Shown: piece by piece, positions 34,114 to 37,502 of the stretch
How positions within the stretch are numbered: the first letter of the stretch is position 1
Layout of the letters: each line of letters opens with the position of its first letter
Source of the DNA: Candidatus Amesbacteria bacterium RBG_19FT_COMBO_48_16
GTDB lineage: Bacteria; Patescibacteriota; Microgenomatia; CAZETR01; Amesbacteraceae
Assembly: GCA_001775555.1 (NCBI GenBank)
Contig: MEXE01000020.1
Location: forward strand, 1 to 37,502
DNA length: 37,502 nt
Direction: 5' to 3'
Notes under the pieces: generated by a model
Seen by the model: only the letters and a program-made list of their open reading frames with translations
What the model was told of the DNA's origin: nothing
Databases searched by the model: none
Translations under genes and position numbers: made by a program

Positions 34114-34912
34114 TATAAATCTGACGACTTACAACCGGGCACATATTTTATCTCGGGCCTTAAACAGCGTCCTCAAACAAACTTTTAAAAACTGGGAGCT
34201 GATAATAGTTGACGACGGTTCGACAGATGAGACTCCCAAAGTAATAAGACTCTTCAGCCGGAAAGACCGGCGGATAATAGGTATATTTCATCCCCAAAAC
34301 CTCGGAAACGCCTCCGCCCGTAACACCGCTCTCAGGTTCAGCCGCGGAACATATGTGGCATTTTTAGATGACGACGATGAGTGGAAAGACAAGGATAAAT
34401 TAAAAAAACAGCTGGCGGTATTCCGGCGTTCCGCCGATCCTAATCTGGCTATCGTCTGTACGGGTGTGAATCTGATCGACGCTCTCGGTCAAATTACTCC
34501 CCGGAAAGTAATTCCCCCCTCGAACCTCACCGCTCATATCCTGGCCGGTAACGGGGTCATTTACAGCCCTACCGTTATGACCAGGCGGGATATTATGCTT
34601 TACGTCGGAGGTTTCGATACCCGACTGCCTCGTGGCGTGGATAGCGAATTTTATCGAACATGTATCGTAAAATACGGGTTTAAAGTATTATTTTTGCCGG
34701 AGTGTACCACTAATATCTACCTTCACCTAGGTCTCAGGCTTACCCCGTTTTCCTCCGTATCTGCTCTGCAAAAAAACATCTGGGCAAACCTGTACCTGCT
34801 CTCAAAATACCGCCGGTATTTTTTCAAATACCCCCTATCCGCCCTCACCCGTTTAAAAACCATATCCTTGTGCCTTTTGCAAATTCCCCGGGCCGCTTTA
34901 AAATCAAATTAA
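34085..34912 (+). CDS. Family 2 glycosyltransferase (DxDDxW subtype)
   Basis: INLTTYNRAHILSRALNSVLKQ, IIVDDGSTDET, FLDDDDEW. The start is uncertain because it overlaps the previous gene by 29 nt. Confidence 0.8.
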   Translation: MPILPPVWVSINLTTYNRAHILSRALNSVLKQTFKNWELIIVDDGSTDETPKVIRLFSRKDRRIIGIFHPQNLGNASARNTALRFSRGTYVAFLDDDDEWKDKDKLKKQLAVFRRSADPNLAIVCTGVNLIDALGQITPRKVIPPSNLTAHILAGNGVIYSPTVMTRRDIMLYVGGFDTRLPRGVDSEFYRTCIVKYGFKVLFLPECTTNIYLHLGLRLTPFSSVSALQKNIWANLYLLSKYRRYFFKYPLSALTRLKTISLCLLQIPRAALKSN

Positions 34913-34913
34913 C

Positions 34914-35654
34914 GTGGATACCGTCCAGCAACCTCAAGACCGGGAGTATTCTTTTCCGTATCATTACCTCCCCCGATTACGCTCCGGGTTTTCCCAGCAT
35001 TATTACTGGAGCTGGGGGATTAACTACGCCGCCACTCTGGAATTTATAAATAGCCGGCTGATTCAAATCCGTTTTAACTCCCTAATTGATATTGGTTGCG
35101 GAGACGGTCGGCTGGTATCCGAAATTGCAGCTCAATTTCCGGGCAAAAAAATTATCGGTATAGATTTCTCTGCTCGGGCCGTCAACCTTGCCCGGGCTTT
35201 AAATCCCGGCTTGACTTTCCAAGTCAAGGATATTGCATCCGGCGAATCTCTCCCCCCGGTCGATATTGTTACATTGATCGAAGTTCTGGAACATATTCCT
35301 CCCGCCCGTCTTACCAAGTTCGTCTCTGCATTAGCCAAATTGGTCCGTCCGGGCGGAACTCTTATTCTCACCGTGCCGCACGTCAATCTGCCTGTCCAAT
35401 CAAAACACTATCAACACTTTTCTTTCTCCGACCTCCGTTCACTCTTCACCTCTTATTTCCGTGTCCGCAGGACTTTCTATCTCGGCCGTCAAGGCTATTT
35501 ATACCAGTTGATTCTGGTTTTGTTAGGAAACAGGTTTTTTATCCTCAACTATCCCCCGGCTCAAAAATATCTTTATTCTCTTTTTCGCCGCCGCCTTTTT
35601 ATTAGTGACGAGCGTCACTGCTCCCGGATTTATTTGGAAATAAAAAGGAAATGA
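34914..35654 (+). CDS. Class I SAM-dependent methyltransferase
   Basis: LIDIGCGDGRLVSEI, IIGIDFSARAV, DIVTLIEVLEHI, LVRPGGTLILTVP. GTG start. Confidence 0.82.
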   Translation: MDTVQQPQDREYSFPYHYLPRLRSGFSQHYYWSWGINYAATLEFINSRLIQIRFNSLIDIGCGDGRLVSEIAAQFPGKKIIGIDFSARAVNLARALNPGLTFQVKDIASGESLPPVDIVTLIEVLEHIPPARLTKFVSALAKLVRPGGTLILTVPHVNLPVQSKHYQHFSFSDLRSLFTSYFRVRRTFYLGRQGYLYQLILVLLGNRFFILNYPPAQKYLYSLFRRRLFISDERHCSRIYLEIKRK

Positions 35655-36613
35655 AACCCGACTTGCCTCTTGTATCAGTAGTAGTTACTACCCGTAATCG
35701 ACCCCGGCTTTTTGCTAAAGCTTTAAAGTCTGTTCAAACCCAAACTTACCCCAGGCTGGAAATTATCGTCGTTGATGATGCCAGCCGTCCCGGCGTCCAG
35801 TCGCAAGTAATCCGATCCTTTAACCCTCCCGTAAAATACCTCCGCAACACCAGAAACCGTGGTCTGGCTTACAGCCGCAATCTTGGGCTCAAGCACTCCC
35901 GCGGCAAGTATGCCGCCTTTTTGGATGATGATGACACCTGGGAACCTCAAAAAATTGCTTTACAGGTTGAATTAGCCCGAAAATCACCAAATGTTGCCGT
36001 TATTTCCTGCGCTCAAACAGTTTTCAAAACCAGCGGTCAGGTTTATATCAATCACCCTGTGGTCCAAGGCCGCATCAAAGAGGCTATAGTTTCCGGTCGT
36101 TTCGGCACCGTTCCTTCCAGCAATTTATTTAGCCGGTCAGCTCTCATTCAAGTTGGCGGCTTTGACATTCGACTCACCAGCCATATCGATTACGACATCT
36201 GGATGAAATTAGCCCAACTTGGTCTTTCCGCTGACTATCTTGATCAGCCTTTGGTAAATACTCATGATAGGGGATTACCTCGCATGACTGCCGACTATAC
36301 TTCCCGTCTGGCTGCCACCGACCGGTATCTGTCTAAATGGACTCCTGTTTGGCAATCCTGGATAGGTGTCACGGCTACCCGCATTTACCTGCGCCGTTAC
36401 TACACTTATGTCGTTGGTTGGCTGGCCGAGGAACAGTTTAAAAGAGGTAAAATTGGAAAAGGTATGACCTGTCTGGCCCTCATTATCCGCCGTTACCCCA
36501 CCAATATTACCGGATTATTTATCATCCCGGCTCGATGCTTGGCTCTGTTTTGCCTTAGATGGATTTATCTGACATTCCCTGTCCCCAGGCGTTTTCGCCT
36601 GTTTACCGTATGA
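35651..36613 (+). CDS. Family 2 glycosyltransferase (DxDDxW subtype)
   Basis: VSVVVTTRNRPRLFAKALKSVQTQ, IVVDDASRPG, FLDDDDTW, HIDYDIWMKL. Confidence 0.85.
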   Translation: MKPDLPLVSVVVTTRNRPRLFAKALKSVQTQTYPRLEIIVVDDASRPGVQSQVIRSFNPPVKYLRNTRNRGLAYSRNLGLKHSRGKYAAFLDDDDTWEPQKIALQVELARKSPNVAVISCAQTVFKTSGQVYINHPVVQGRIKEAIVSGRFGTVPSSNLFSRSALIQVGGFDIRLTSHIDYDIWMKLAQLGLSADYLDQPLVNTHDRGLPRMTADYTSRLAATDRYLSKWTPVWQSWIGVTATRIYLRRYYTYVVGWLAEEQFKRGKIGKGMTCLALIIRRYPTNITGLFIIPARCLALFCLRWIYLTFPVPRRFRLFTV

Positions 36614-37502
36614 GCCATTTCAAATTTAACCTCACAATAATTGCTGCCCTGGCGCTTTTTATAAGCGTCTCATACTGGCGTTTGGCTACTCCGGGTTACA
36701 TCACTTTTTCCGATTCGGTTCGCTATGCTGACGCTGCCCGATCCCAAAACGAGGGGATAGGCTCCCGGATTCATCATTCCTATTTTAGTTCCTCCGATAT
36801 TAATACGACTAATTTTAAACCCAGCTGGGAATTTATCGATTCACCTGCTACCGTCACTTTTATAAGCTTGGCTTTTAAGCTTCTTGGGGCATCGGACCTG
36901 ACTTTATTTATAGCTGGCTCGGGCTTGTTTATCCTTTCCGCTTTAACCATCTATTTGCTTGGGGCGAGGGTTTTTTCCCCGTCCGTAGGATTAGTCGCAG
37001 CCGTCCTGTTTACCACCAACCCCTTTTTCCTAAGTTACGCGGTCAATTGCTCCAGTGAAATCCTGTTCACATCCGAAGTTCTTATTTCTGTTTGGCTATT
37101 GTACTTATCAAAGCCGGCCAAGTTTCTGTTTATCCTGCCTGCAGTATTAACTCTTTATACCCGCCCTCAGGGTGTCATATTTATTCTCTCTCTGATCGCG
37201 ACCGGTCTGTTGGTCTGGCTTATAAAAGCGATTAAACAACCAGCCCGTTTGGTTTTACTGCTTTGCGGTCTGGTAATTCTCGGTTTCTTTACTGTTTATC
37301 AAGCTACCCGTTTCTCCATTTTCTCCCACTCCTTGTTCAATCTTAAGCATTATGGTGCTACGCTAATCCCTACCGATGTCAGCCCGGGGATTTATTTGCG
37401 GGGTGAAATATTACCCCAAGCCAACATTTCCCTTAAAGTATTTGTCACCAAGCTTTTTTACAATACCTACAATTTCGCCAAAAACCCCGACCGCATCGCT
37501 CC
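36610..37502 (+). CDS. 5' part of a GT-C/ArnT-like polytopic membrane glycosyltransferase gene running out of the window
   Basis: I translated this frame by hand from ATG 36610 (ATGA overlap with the upstream stop). It stays open to the window end (MSHFKFNLTIIAALALFISVSYWRLATPGYITFSDSVRYADAARSQNEG...). Several hydrophobic helices. Not in the supplied ORF track because it has no stop. Confidence 0.6.
   Translation, partial: MSHFKFNLTIIAALALFISVSYWRLATPGYITFSDSVRYADAARSQNEGIGSRIHHSYFSSSDINTTNFKPSWEFIDSPATVTFISLAFKLLGASDLTLFIAGSGLFILSALTIYLLGARVFSPSVGLVAAVLFTTNPFFLSYAVNCSSEILFTSEVLISVWLLYLSKPAKFLFILPAVLTLYTRPQGVIFILSLIATGLLVWLIKAIKQPARLVLLLCGLVILGFFTVYQATRFSIFSHSLFNLKHYGATLIPTDVSPGIYLRGEILPQANISLKVFVTKLFYNTYNFAKNPDRIA

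Noticed and set aside
35096-35605. 169-aa + strand ORF in an alternative frame within the methyltransferase gene
   Set aside because: Arg/Ser/Pro-rich translation typical of an off-frame reading. The overlapping frame carries clear SAM-MTase motifs.
1-37502. Search for CRISPR arrays, tRNA/rRNA genes, transposases, integrases, toxin-antitoxin pairs or phage-defence genes
   Set aside because: No spaced direct repeats, no non-coding stretch long enough for an RNA gene, and no ORF with recombinase, nuclease or defence-type motifs. Every sizeable ORF fits the glycan-biosynthesis theme.

Overview
The window is almost entirely coding (37 ORFs, 35 on the + strand). It reads as one very large glycan biosynthesis, modification and export locus.

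Gene content I can support from motifs:
- 12 GT2 glycosyltransferases.
- 3 GT4 glycosyltransferases, one fused to a cupin-like domain.
- 8 polytopic GT-C-like membrane proteins: ArnT/PMT-like, one PIG-V-like, and partial genes at both window edges.
- 6 class I SAM methyltransferases, plus one degenerate MTase-like domain.
- A GDP-mannose 4,6-dehydratase-like SDR and a perosamine-synthase-like DegT aminotransferase.
- A Wzm/Wzt ABC exporter whose ATPase carries an extra C-terminal domain.
- A methyltransferase-kinase fusion with the domain order of the WbdD chain terminator.
- A cysteine-free FrhB (F420 hydrogenase beta)-like protein.
- A secreted five-Asp-box BNR propeller.

Organisation: more than half of the same-strand gene junctions overlap (ATGA, TAATG or 14-29 nt). 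Only three non-coding gaps exceed 20 nt. Shine-Dalgarno sequences are mostly absent.

Not recognised: rRNA, tRNA, CRISPR array, transposase or integrase, priming phosphoglycosyltransferase, Wzx, Wzy, or ligase/LCP.

Most interesting candidates:
- (a) A translationally coupled four-gene module at 27288-31771 (MTase / Cys-less FrhB-like / MTase-kinase / unknown), next to a cap-reading-type Wzt.
- (b) The run of GT-C genes together with three polyprenol-phosphate-sugar-synthase-like GT2s.
- (c) Two slippage-prone repeats inside one GT4 gene.
- (d) Two genes embedded antisense in the operon with overlapping 3' ends.

Taxonomy cannot be determined from this window. The gene content and compact, SD-poor style are compatible with an uncultured monoderm-type lineage such as Patescibacteria/CPR, but that is only an impression. 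All product calls come from motif recognition by eye, not from database searches.
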